This document shows positions 46,971 to 55,382 of a stretch of DNA of 64,000 nucleotides, in pieces. The first letter of the stretch is position 1. Each line of letters opens with the position of its first letter. The position numbers and the translations under genes are program-made. The notes under the pieces were generated by a model. That model was not told the origin of the DNA. It worked only from the letters and a program-made list of their open reading frames with translations, and ran no database searches. The stretch covers positions 9,361 to 73,360 of the forward strand of contig CAYJIA010000002.1 of the NCBI GenBank assembly GCA_964370115.1. Direction: 5' to 3'. This DNA comes from an uncultured Eubacteriales bacterium. Lineage in GTDB: Bacteria; Bacillota; Clostridia; Oscillospirales; Acutalibacteraceae.

Positions 46971-47615
46971 TCATATATGTACCCCCTCTATTTCAAGCTC
47001 TTTACAATGCCCACTTTCGTCAAATGCTGAGCTTAGAACACGGCAGTTTGTAAAGGAAAAATTATTGTAGCTAAAGTCAAAAATCGCCTCGTCGTCAAAA
47101 AGATTTGGGCTTGGTGCGACTATTTTTATGATATATTTTGGCTTAGAGATAAGTATGCTCTTAGCGCTTCCTATCGGTCTTATCTCCTGCCTTGCCTGTC
47201 TCGTTACGCTGACAGCCTTTGCCTTTACTTTTTTTCCGTCCACCAAAATCGTCTTGTTTAATAGGTCGATACTTAAAGTGCAGGGCAAAATTATAGAGTT
47301 AATATCATCGTCCTCTTTTATTTTTCCCCTTGTAATTGCAGTGATTTCATGAACACTGTTTTTTAAGACAGAACAAATTTGAGAAAAAATCTCCCCACCT
47401 GCCTTTGCGCCTTTGGTGACAGAAACATAAAGGGCTATTTCAAGCACTAAATGATTGTCACTTTGGTAATCTTCCTCTAAAACCGATAAAACGGCTATGG
47501 GCCTGTCAAAAAATCTGCTCGCCTGTGTATTTTCAAATTGATGTACAAAATCAATGTCAGAAATTTGGCCTTTTAAAAGCTCTATCATCTCATCAAGAAT
47601 TACTTCGCTCATCAC
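46971..47615 (-). CDS. phage structural protein, unknown (sits where tail completion, sheath, tube and tape measure genes would be)
   Basis: 214 aa, ATGA-coupled to the upstream connector gene and followed by the only sizeable gap (about 70 bp) in the locus. The N-terminal half vaguely resembles tail-completion proteins. Too short for a sheath. Confidence 0.5.
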   Translation of the reverse strand: MMSEVILDEMIELLKGQISDIDFVHQFENTQASRFFDRPIAVLSVLEEDYQSDNHLVLEIALYVSVTKGAKAGGEIFSQICSVLKNSVHEITAITRGKIKEDDDINSIILPCTLSIDLLNKTILVDGKKVKAKAVSVTRQARQEIRPIGSAKSILISKPKYIIKIVAPSPNLFDDEAIFDFSYNNFSFTNCRVLSSAFDESGHCKELEIEGVHI

Positions 47616-47935
47616 ATATCTCCCTCCTCTAAAATTATTTCAAGCACTGCCTTCATACAAAAAACACTGCCAAAAGTCTTTAGTAGTCCTGCCGACAATA
47701 CACGGTAGCTTTTTTCCTCAAAGTGCAAGGTGTCACCTGCTTTAAGGGTTAGGGCGTTTCCCATATAAAGGTAGGTAGGCGCGCTTAAAACTCCTGTCGG
47801 GTGAGGCTTCTTTTTAAAATTTCCGTTTTCTTTGTGCTCGGTTATAATTCCACGACAATTAAAACTCTCGTTCTCTTTAAAAACGGTGATAATATCTGCC
47901 TTTTTAAAAATTTTATTCACCATAAGGGCAGTCAC
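47612..47935 (-). CDS. head closure / head-tail adaptor protein
   Basis: 107 aa at the position, and of the size, of SPP1 gp16/XkdH-like head closure proteins. Confidence 0.5.
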   Translation of the reverse strand: MTALMVNKIFKKADIITVFKENESFNCRGIITEHKENGNFKKKPHPTGVLSAPTYLYMGNALTLKAGDTLHFEEKSYRVLSAGLLKTFGSVFCMKAVLEIILEEGDM

Positions 47936-48299
47936 CTTCTTCCAAAACGCTTATAAAGGCAAAATCGGTGGACTTTAAAATAGGACTAATTGCGCTTAGG
48001 GCATTGTTTATCATAGCCTGAGACTTACCTGTATCGGGATTTTTTATCTTCATTTCGCCAACGGTCATCTCAGAGGGTGTGTTTAAGCTCTCAAGATTTA
48101 TATGCTTGCAAAAAACAAGCGTAACCACGGCAAAATCAAGGCTTTCTTTATAACTGTTTATCACACGCGGGTCTAGGTCGTGCCTTAGCATATTATTTAT
48201 TTTTTCCATACTGCTGTTTATCAGTGTGTCAAAGTAGGGCGTGGAAACATCTGTGTCAAGCAGTGAGGAGAGTTTTTCGCTTATAGTAGCCTTGTTCAA
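47913..48299 (-). CDS. head-tail connector (gp6-like)
   Basis: Start moved to TTG 48299 behind GGAGGTG (track ATG 48353 has no RBS). 129 aa directly after the capsid gene. Confidence 0.5.
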   Translation of the reverse strand: MNKATISEKLSSLLDTDVSTPYFDTLINSSMEKINNMLRHDLDPRVINSYKESLDFAVVTLVFCKHINLESLNTPSEMTVGEMKIKNPDTGKSQAMINNALSAISPILKSTDFAFISVLEEGDCPYGE

Positions 48300-48366
48300 A
48301 TTTACACCTCCGTTTAAAATAATTAGGCGACGGCGACAATTGCCATCGCCCAATTTTTATATCACA

Positions 48367-49380
48367 TTAAGCCTTGTTAACTTTTATTGCCTTGGCTGCA
48401 TCTTTGAAGATTTTTGCAAAGCCAGTAATAGAGCTAATAACTGCTCTTTCAAGTTGTCTGTCTATAAGTTTGTCAAATTCTGTGAGAACTTGGCCAGCTT
48501 GAACCATTTCAAGCGCGCAGTTTTTGTCAAGGCCTATGATTGTATCTGCCGCCATGCTAGGCACATGGATTACATTTGCGCCAAGAGGAGTAGAAAGCTT
48601 GCCACTGCCGTGGAAGTTTAGCCCTGCATTAGCGTCTTTAAACTCGCTTATTTGCATAAGCTTTTTAATCATTTCTGTGCCTGCAACAATAGTGTTTAGC
48701 CCAAACGGAGCCAAATCTCCCCAAAGAGTCACTACATCAGAGTAGCTAGGGTCAGCCGTAATTGTTGTAGATGTAATAGCGTTAGAGTTTCCGTCTCCAG
48801 ATATAAGCACGTTAACGGCGTCTTTCATTTGCTGAGTGGCAATATATGAGCCGATTTGTCTTAAAGTAACGGTCAGTAAATCAATTTTTTGGAACCTTAA
48901 AGCCTCGTAAGAAGCCTGAAGCATTCTGCCACGCTTTTTAAGTGCGACAAGGTTTGCCGAAACTGTAATCTCTGTCTCGGGAATGGCAGTGCCCTCGCTT
49001 GTGTCCTTTAATTCTTTTGCAGAATCTGTAAGATTTGACACCACACTGCGATAATCCATAGAGTCAATATTTGTAACCGTTGCTACCATTTCGGGCAGAC
49101 GGTTGACGTCGTCCATGCCGATTTTTACAGAGCGTGAGATATACTCAGGAAAAAGCGCGGCACTAGAGGAAGTAGAGAAGAATTTCTCGATATTGTCAGA
49201 AGCAGAACCTGATACTTTAATGTCAAAACGCTTTAGCTGTCTTTGGAAGGCGTCGAATTTTTCGAGCTCAGTTCCTATGTAGTTTTTTGAGCTATCAAGG
49301 CTCTCTAAAACCTGTGTAAATGATTTACCCGGTACTCTGTACATGTCTTTTTCAATAGTGATATTTTCAAAATGTGCCAT
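48367..49380 (-). CDS. phage major capsid protein
   Basis: 337 aa from ATG 49380 (AAAGGA upstream). It follows the protease/scaffold gene, and the LFPEYISRSV... pattern and size fit XkdG-type capsid proteins. Confidence 0.7.
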   Translation of the reverse strand: MAHFENITIEKDMYRVPGKSFTQVLESLDSSKNYIGTELEKFDAFQRQLKRFDIKVSGSASDNIEKFFSTSSSAALFPEYISRSVKIGMDDVNRLPEMVATVTNIDSMDYRSVVSNLTDSAKELKDTSEGTAIPETEITVSANLVALKKRGRMLQASYEALRFQKIDLLTVTLRQIGSYIATQQMKDAVNVLISGDGNSNAITSTTITADPSYSDVVTLWGDLAPFGLNTIVAGTEMIKKLMQISEFKDANAGLNFHGSGKLSTPLGANVIHVPSMAADTIIGLDKNCALEMVQAGQVLTEFDKLIDRQLERAVISSITGFAKIFKDAAKAIKVNKA

Positions 49381-49395
49381 AAAATACATCCTTTC

Positions 49396-50331
49396 TTAAA
49401 TTACAAATTCATTGTAATCACTTTCGTTTTTTATTGGTTTTGAGTAAAGTTGTGGACTAAGTGGCAAGCTCTTTGATGCCTCGTTTATAAATACACTTTC
49501 AAGCAGAGAAAGTTCGTTTGTATCAAGCGATTTTATCATGTTGTCCACTATGCTTTGTGGCAGGTCTTTGTAAGCAATTTTAGAATAGAGTTTTATAGAA
49601 TTTTCAAGTTTTTCCCTATACATTTTGCCAAAAGCTGCGTCTTTTTTAAGACTTTCAATTTCCTTTGAAAGCTCTCTAAAAGACTTTTCATCAAAGCTTT
49701 GAAGCTTATGTGTCTCTTCGCTGTCAATTAAATCTAAAAGCTTTGTGACACCCGCCTTTCTTTGTGCAGGAACGGCGACGAATGAAAATTCATAGGCGTC
49801 TGTTGCCCCTATAAGTATTTTCACACAAAGAGAACCGCTATAGAGTTTTCCCTTTTGGTGGCTACAGTCTTCTTTTTTACAGATACTACAAATAGACTTT
49901 TCCACCTTGCAAGAAATGCTTACTTCCTTTAAAATACCGCTGTCTATTTTAGAGATAAGCTCTTCGTTCTTTTCGGTTTTAGGAATATAAGCCCAAGCCT
50001 TGAGTGCTGTGTAAACTTCGTTTAAAGAAGTAAGTTTTTCTTCGTCACGCACTACTTCGGTCTTGTAAATTCTTGCAGTTTGGTTTTCGCTTTTTCTCTC
50101 ATGGTTTAAAATGCCTGTCTTTCCCACAAACAACTGTGAGAGCTCGGTTAGGGTGTCGGGTGCAAAGCTTTCGTAGTCGCGGTCTACAAGGTTGTCGCAA
50201 AGTATTACAGAAAAAGTATAGACTTCGTCCTGTTTAAACTCACGCCTCGTGTAGCCGTTTATAAGCTTTATGTCCTCGCTGTTTTGTGCGGCTTCGTTTT
50301 TAATTACCGCCTGTCTGGTTTGATAGTTCAT
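49396..50331 (-). CDS. XkdF-like prohead protease / scaffold protein
   Basis: 311 aa. The N-terminal domain (ILNHERKSENQ..., AYEFSFVAVPAQRKAGV) resembles the XkdF family. The C-terminal third is coiled-coil-like, as expected for a scaffold. Confidence 0.55.
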   Translation of the reverse strand: MNYQTRQAVIKNEAAQNSEDIKLINGYTRREFKQDEVYTFSVILCDNLVDRDYESFAPDTLTELSQLFVGKTGILNHERKSENQTARIYKTEVVRDEEKLTSLNEVYTALKAWAYIPKTEKNEELISKIDSGILKEVSISCKVEKSICSICKKEDCSHQKGKLYSGSLCVKILIGATDAYEFSFVAVPAQRKAGVTKLLDLIDSEETHKLQSFDEKSFRELSKEIESLKKDAAFGKMYREKLENSIKLYSKIAYKDLPQSIVDNMIKSLDTNELSLLESVFINEASKSLPLSPQLYSKPIKNESDYNEFVI

Positions 50332-51421
50332 AGGCCTTTACCTCCAAATCTTTTGCCCTTGCATTATTAAGTCTTGCCACAGAGTGATCCACCTCGTCTT
50401 GAAGACTGATGTCGTCCCAAATGATTTCAAGTTCCTCGTCTTTTCCACAAAGTCTTAGCCACATAGTGCAAATTTTCATTAGCACGGGCTCCAAAAGTCG
50501 TCGATAGGCCTCGAGCTCACTTGTTAAAATATCCGCCTGTTGGCTGGACATTCTCTCAGTCGATGACCAAGAGAGCCCAAGTAAAAACGGAGGCAAGCCG
50601 ATTTTTGCAACAATCTGTTCAAGCATTTGCCTTACGGGGATGTTGCTATCTAGAATTTGGTTGTCGGCGCCTATAGCCTTGATGTTTACGTCTCCCACGG
50701 CAACAAAGTCGTTTATCTCATTGCTTCGCATGGCTTTTTGCCATTCTTTTGCAATGTTTTTTGCCTTTTCTGGCGCGTATACACTGTCGTCGCTTTTTGC
50801 AGTTACCGCAAAGCGCACGTTGCCTACCCTGTCCCAATTTTTGCCCATGGTCTTATAAATTTTTAAGAGTATGTCGCTGACAAAAGGAAGTCCCTCTAAA
50901 ATAGATACACCCATAATTTTGCCCGATGGCGGATTAAGTGCGCTCATCAGTAAAAGTTCGGGATATCTACAAGGCAGTTTTCGTCCGGTAGAAATAAGGG
51001 AGACTTGTACATTTAAAGGTGATACTTCTTTAAGCTCAATACTGTCGAGACTAGCGTTATAAAGTGCATATGGAACATGGTCTTTGAGTATTATTTCACC
51101 TATCGCAGTGCCATAGGTGAGTAAATCTTCTAAGTAAGTCGCGATAAAACAGTGTATGCCCTGCCCCATTGCACCCACTTTTACAGTTTTTAAAAATTTT
51201 GTGAGCTCATAACTGTCTGCATCGTTTTGGCACTTTACTTCAAAATCACCTATAAGCCGACAAATTTTGCCAATTGATGCCGAAATAATCGGTACACTTT
51301 CCTTTAAACTTTTGTAAAGAGCCCTGTCAAAATAGGTGGGTGGGTACTGATAAAGCTCTTTTTCTCTTGTTTGTACAGCAAGCGCAATGTCACCGCTAGG
51401 TTTTTTCTTTATTAATCCCAA
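50300..51421 (-). CDS. phage portal protein
   Basis: 373 aa, overlapping the terL stop. Position and the LPPFLLGLSWSSTE... core fit small HK97/PBSX-type portals. Confidence 0.65.
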   Translation of the reverse strand: MGLIKKKPSGDIALAVQTREKELYQYPPTYFDRALYKSLKESVPIISASIGKICRLIGDFEVKCQNDADSYELTKFLKTVKVGAMGQGIHCFIATYLEDLLTYGTAIGEIILKDHVPYALYNASLDSIELKEVSPLNVQVSLISTGRKLPCRYPELLLMSALNPPSGKIMGVSILEGLPFVSDILLKIYKTMGKNWDRVGNVRFAVTAKSDDSVYAPEKAKNIAKEWQKAMRSNEINDFVAVGDVNIKAIGADNQILDSNIPVRQMLEQIVAKIGLPPFLLGLSWSSTERMSSQQADILTSELEAYRRLLEPVLMKICTMWLRLCGKDEELEIIWDDISLQDEVDHSVARLNNARAKDLEVKAYELSNQTGGN

Positions 51422-52689
51422 GGTTTTTCTCCTTTCTCGCTTTGTGTTTCTCTTTTTACAGCATAGGTAAGTATGCCTTGTGAGTCCTCTAAAAATGTCG
51501 AAACAAAGTAGCGAATGTCGTCCATTGCATGGTCATTTTCTTTTTTAGGGCTGTCGTTTCCTCCGCTATTCCAAGAGTAAAGTGAAAATTCTTTTATGGC
51601 GCTGTGGCAGCTATGGCAAATTTTAATTTTGCCACTTTTTAAGGCACTGCTAACCCGCCTTATGCCATCAACGACATTATTTTTTGCAGGAATAACGGGA
51701 AATTTTCCAAACTTTTTTACGAGGGCTATAAAACTCGCTGCGGACGGGTCGATTATTAAGGCAGATATAGTCTTACCCTCACATAAAGCGCACATCTGTT
51801 TATAATGCTCTTCATCCGTTCTTTGATAGCCCTCTTTTCTCGAGTCGAAGTAGTACTCATCTACCCTGAACCAACAGCCCTTGTTCTCGCCCCAAAGACC
51901 TATAGAGCTAGGGTTTACAGTACCGTAGTCCATGGAAAGCGCCCAGCGCTCGAAAATTAGTGAATGATAATCATAAAACATTTTTTCATTCATAAAAGGA
52001 TAGACAAGGCCCTGTGCCTGTACCCACTCGCCAAGGATAAAGCGCTTATAAAAAACACCCGAAAACAAGTTTTGGTAGCGCTTTTTTGTATCAGCCGACA
52101 ATGATGGATTGTCTTCCATGGTAAAGTGTAGGTACAAGACATTTTTTTCTTCTAGTTTTGTTATCCAGTTAAGATAAAACCAGTGATAAGGGCTTTCGGG
52201 ATTACAATTAAACCAAAACTTTGCCCCCTCGACAGAACACCTTGCAAGTGCCTGCTCCACAAAAGAGCGAGGCATCAAGGCGACCTCGTCAAACAAAACG
52301 CCCGACAAAGTCATGCCTTGAATTAAAGCAGGGGAAGACTCGTCTTTTCCTCCAAATAAATAAAAATTAATGCTTATTCCGCTTGATGAAACAATCAGTC
52401 GATTTTCAGAAATTTTAAAAACAGTTTTAAAGCCAAGTTCATGAAGTACCGGCAGTATTTCGGCAATAATATTACGCCTTACAGCCCTAATGGTTTTTCC
52501 GCATATTGCAAAACTTCCCTGTCCCATTTCAAAAAATGCCCACATGATAAATGAGACCGACATGCAAAGCGTCTTGCCACTTCTTACTGCCCCGTCACAG
52601 ATAAGCGCAGTTTTTGTGTTTAGCGGGCTATCTTTGCACCACCAACACAAAGCCCTCATCTGCTTTTTTGAAAAAGCCACCGCCCTCAT
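51412..52689 (-). CDS. terminase large subunit (PBSX/XtmB family)
   Basis: 425 aa with Walker A DGAVRSGKT, Walker B-like GVLFDEVA, and a C-terminal nuclease region with DHAMDDIRY. Confidence 0.85.
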   Translation of the reverse strand: MRAVAFSKKQMRALCWWCKDSPLNTKTALICDGAVRSGKTLCMSVSFIMWAFFEMGQGSFAICGKTIRAVRRNIIAEILPVLHELGFKTVFKISENRLIVSSSGISINFYLFGGKDESSPALIQGMTLSGVLFDEVALMPRSFVEQALARCSVEGAKFWFNCNPESPYHWFYLNWITKLEEKNVLYLHFTMEDNPSLSADTKKRYQNLFSGVFYKRFILGEWVQAQGLVYPFMNEKMFYDYHSLIFERWALSMDYGTVNPSSIGLWGENKGCWFRVDEYYFDSRKEGYQRTDEEHYKQMCALCEGKTISALIIDPSAASFIALVKKFGKFPVIPAKNNVVDGIRRVSSALKSGKIKICHSCHSAIKEFSLYSWNSGGNDSPKKENDHAMDDIRYFVSTFLEDSQGILTYAVKRETQSEKGEKPWD

Positions 52690-52985
52690 GTTTCATCACC
52701 GTTTAATGATTTTGCCCCGTCAAGCAAAGCCTTGTAAAAACTTGGGGTAGCGTTGTTTGATGCGCTGAAATTTTCCATGCATTCAAGAGCCTTTAGCCTG
52801 TCGAAGAACTTAATCTCCATGGCGCCTCCCTTTGCCCGTTTAATTTCAGAAACAGAGAATAAATCCAAGTTTTTTAAAGTCCTGTAGCTAATGTCTTCGC
52901 AAAATAATAGCCTAACAGGGTCTGCAATGCTGCCGAAAGCTATTTTTTCATAACCTTCTAAGATTTTGTCGTTTTCCATAAACAC
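52686..52985 (-). CDS. terminase small subunit, C-terminal half only (P27/Terminase_4-like)
   Basis: 99 aa. ...IAFGSIADPVRLLF...LFSVSEIKRAKGG.MEIKFFDRLKALECMENF matches the oligomerisation half of P27-type small terminases. The N-terminal HTH half is absent. ATGA-coupled to terL. Confidence 0.55.
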   Translation of the reverse strand: MFMENDKILEGYEKIAFGSIADPVRLLFCEDISYRTLKNLDLFSVSEIKRAKGGAMEIKFFDRLKALECMENFSASNNATPSFYKALLDGAKSLNGDET

Positions 52986-53044
52986 CTCTTGAACAATATA
53001 TATTTAAAAGAGACTTCGGCCGAAAAGCCCTTTCACTTATGGGC

Positions 53045-53086
53045 AAAAAAATAAGAAAAGTTTCCCTAAAAAAGGAAACTTTTCTT
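53045..53086 (-). terminator. canonical intrinsic terminator oriented with, and about 60 bp upstream of, the phage-like operon
   Basis: The minus strand reads AAGAAAAGTTTCC-ttttttag-GGAAACTTTTCTT-AT-TTTTTTT (13-bp perfect stem plus T7). There is no minus-strand gene upstream of it. Confidence 0.7.
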
Positions 53087-53235
53087 TAAAAATTTATTTT
53101 TTTACAAATTTTGCAAAGATTTTGACACTTGAATGTGATATATAATTAAAAAATAAACATTTAATTTTATGTTCATTTATGATATAATCCTTATGTATAT
53201 TATGTAGGGAAGAAACAAATAGAGGGAGATTTATT

Positions 53236-54618
53236 TTGAAGATAGATTTAGGTAGCGATAAAATATCAAAACTTTTATGGCATTTAAGCATACCTGCCAT
53301 AATGGGAATGTTAAGCGGTGCTATATTAAATGTGGCTGACAGAATTTTTGTGGGCAGTATTAACGAGTATGCTCTGACAGCCGTTGGAATTACCATGCCC
53401 GTACAAGTCTTGCAAATGGCTTTTGTACTTTTAATAGGCGTCGGCTCCTCGTCCTTGATATCCATAAAACTAGGTGAGGAAAAAGTAGACGAGGCAAACG
53501 GCATTTTATTTCTGGCGTTTAAGTACATATTTATAAGCCTTGCGGTGTTTACCGTGGTTTTTATGATTTTTATAGATCCAATACTAAGTTTTATGGAAAT
53601 ACCCGAAAGCTCGTTTGACATGGCAAAAGAATATATATCCGTGCTTGTAATAGGCTCGGTGTTTGGGCTTCCCGGATACTGTCTTTCAAGCTCTTTAAGG
53701 GCAGTGGGTAAGGCAAGCGTCACCATGAAAATAATTATCTACACATCAATTTTAAATGTGATTTTAAATCCAATATTTATATATTTTTTAAACATGGGTG
53801 TAATGGGCGCAGGTATTGCGACAGTTATATCGCAAACCACACTAACAGTATATGTGATTTACTATTTTATAAAGGCAAAAGACATACCTGTAAATCTAAG
53901 ATTTAAAAATCCGCCAAAGGCTATGTCTCTTTTATGGCAAATAATGAAAACAGGTTCGCCGTCTTTTTATGTGCAAATATTTGCAACTGGTGTTAATACC
54001 TATGTAAACATATGCATAGTAAGCGTCGGAACAGATTTAGACATAGGAGCATTTACCATAGCCTCAACGATTTTCTCAGTCTATCAAATGGTGGTAGTAG
54101 GCTTGGGTCAAGGCGCACAGCCTTTGTTTGGGTACAACTGGGGAGCAAAAAAATATGGAAGAGTAGAAAAAACCGCAAGACTTTCGCTTATATACAGCTT
54201 TGTTTTGTCCACGGCGTTTTTTGCGGTGAGTATGCTAATTCCATATATATTAGTGCTTCCATTTGCAAGTAGCCCTCAGCTTATAGAGGCAGGAATAACT
54301 GCGACACGCTGGTATATGTGCATGGTACCTTTAATGGGTATGCAAGTAATATGTGCCCAGTATTTCCAAGCGGTAAACAAAACAAAGCTAACTACACTTT
54401 TAATGCTTTTAAGATACGGCCTAGCCCTTGCCCCACTTGTGTGGATTTTATCGCCACCATTAAAAATAACAGGCGTATACCTAGCCTATGCCCTATCAAA
54501 CTTCATAGCGGCAAGTATAGCGATAATGTTTATGTGGGTAGAGCTTAAAAAACTTAAAAAGATGAAAGAAGAACAAAAAAATACTGCAGAAGATTTCTCC
54601 TCTGCAGTCGGTTCATAA
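53236..54618 (+). CDS. MATE-family efflux transporter
   Basis: 460 aa, 12 TM, MATE consensus (LLWHLSIPAIMGMLSGAILNVADRIFVG). Confidence 0.85.
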   Translation: MKIDLGSDKISKLLWHLSIPAIMGMLSGAILNVADRIFVGSINEYALTAVGITMPVQVLQMAFVLLIGVGSSSLISIKLGEEKVDEANGILFLAFKYIFISLAVFTVVFMIFIDPILSFMEIPESSFDMAKEYISVLVIGSVFGLPGYCLSSSLRAVGKASVTMKIIIYTSILNVILNPIFIYFLNMGVMGAGIATVISQTTLTVYVIYYFIKAKDIPVNLRFKNPPKAMSLLWQIMKTGSPSFYVQIFATGVNTYVNICIVSVGTDLDIGAFTIASTIFSVYQMVVVGLGQGAQPLFGYNWGAKKYGRVEKTARLSLIYSFVLSTAFFAVSMLIPYILVLPFASSPQLIEAGITATRWYMCMVPLMGMQVICAQYFQAVNKTKLTTLLMLLRYGLALAPLVWILSPPLKITGVYLAYALSNFIAASIAIMFMWVELKKLKKMKEEQKNTAEDFSSAVGS

Positions 54619-54624
54619 AATTTA

Positions 54625-55278
54625 TTATCCAACAGCCTCGCCTGAATTATCGACGATTTCTATTTCGCCGCTATTTTCAAATTCAAGGGTAAAAAGTGCA
54701 AGTGCACGCTCTCTGTATAAAAGCATAACTCTGTAAGCATATTCAAGTGATCCGCTAGAGCCTAATTCCTCGGTCTCTTCTTGGAACTGCTCAAGATATA
54801 TTGGAAGCTCATTGCGCCACGCGTCTTGCTCTAGTTCAAGCTGAGTTTTATCGTCTTCGCTTAAAGTATTTATAAGGTTGGTGTATGTGTAATTAAGCTG
54901 AGTCTCCCACTCACGAGTAGCAAGGTTTGTCGACTCTATAGATTCTTGAGTAGAAGCGGCAGTAGTGATGCCGTCGCTATATTTTGTGTCTATCGCATTA
55001 CCCGTTAAAAGAGCAACAAAGGCTTCGCTTCCCTCAATTGCAGGCAAGCCTTGGGAAGAGCTAGGAACATCGCTTGATGTATCAGAAGTAGAAGCGGTAG
55101 GTGCAGGCGTTGCAGTAGTCTCAGGTTCGCTCTCGTCTTCACTTTCTGGTGCTGGAGTAGCCGTCGCCGTCGCAGTAGGTGCTGGCTCAGGCGTCACAGC
55201 AGGAGCGCTGTTTTGAGTACAAGCGACCAAAGCAAAGCTTAAAGTTAGTATAAGTAATAAAAAAAGTGATTTTTTCAT
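54625..55278 (-). CDS. lipoprotein with DUF1311 (LprI-like) C-terminal domain
   Basis: Lipobox LSFALVAC and a Thr/Pro/Ala-rich linker. The C-terminal LNYTYTNLINTL...QLELEQDAWRN pattern fits DUF1311. Confidence 0.7.
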   Translation of the reverse strand: MKKSLFLLLILTLSFALVACTQNSAPAVTPEPAPTATATATPAPESEDESEPETTATPAPTASTSDTSSDVPSSSQGLPAIEGSEAFVALLTGNAIDTKYSDGITTAASTQESIESTNLATREWETQLNYTYTNLINTLSEDDKTQLELEQDAWRNELPIYLEQFQEETEELGSSGSLEYAYRVMLLYRERALALFTLEFENSGEIEIVDNSGEAVG

Positions 55279-55382
55279 ATCTGTTTCTCCTATGGAATTT
55301 TATAGTTTACATAATTGTAGCATATAAATATGAATTAATCAAATACTTTGTATAAAATTATAGTAGAAAATTGGAGGGTAAA

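Larger units (their letters stand above)
43323..52985 (-). mobile_element. compact phage-derived structural locus (head + baseplate modules only); defective prophage remnant or domesticated particle locus
   Basis: 14 co-oriented, tightly packed or overlapping ORFs in PBSX/Mu order. They are terS fragment, terL, portal, XkdF-like protease/scaffold, capsid, 2 connectors, unknown, LysM-like, XkdQ/gpD-like, Mu gp45-like spike, gp25/W-like, baseplate J and DUF2313/gpI-like. No sheath, tube, tape measure, fibre, lysis, integrase or repressor ORF is present. Confidence 0.8.

Noticed and set aside
53094-53726. Track ORF 53094..53726 (-), 210 aa
   Set aside because: It overlaps the MATE transporter gene 53236..54618 on the opposite strand and extends through that gene's promoter. 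It has no motif and no RBS.
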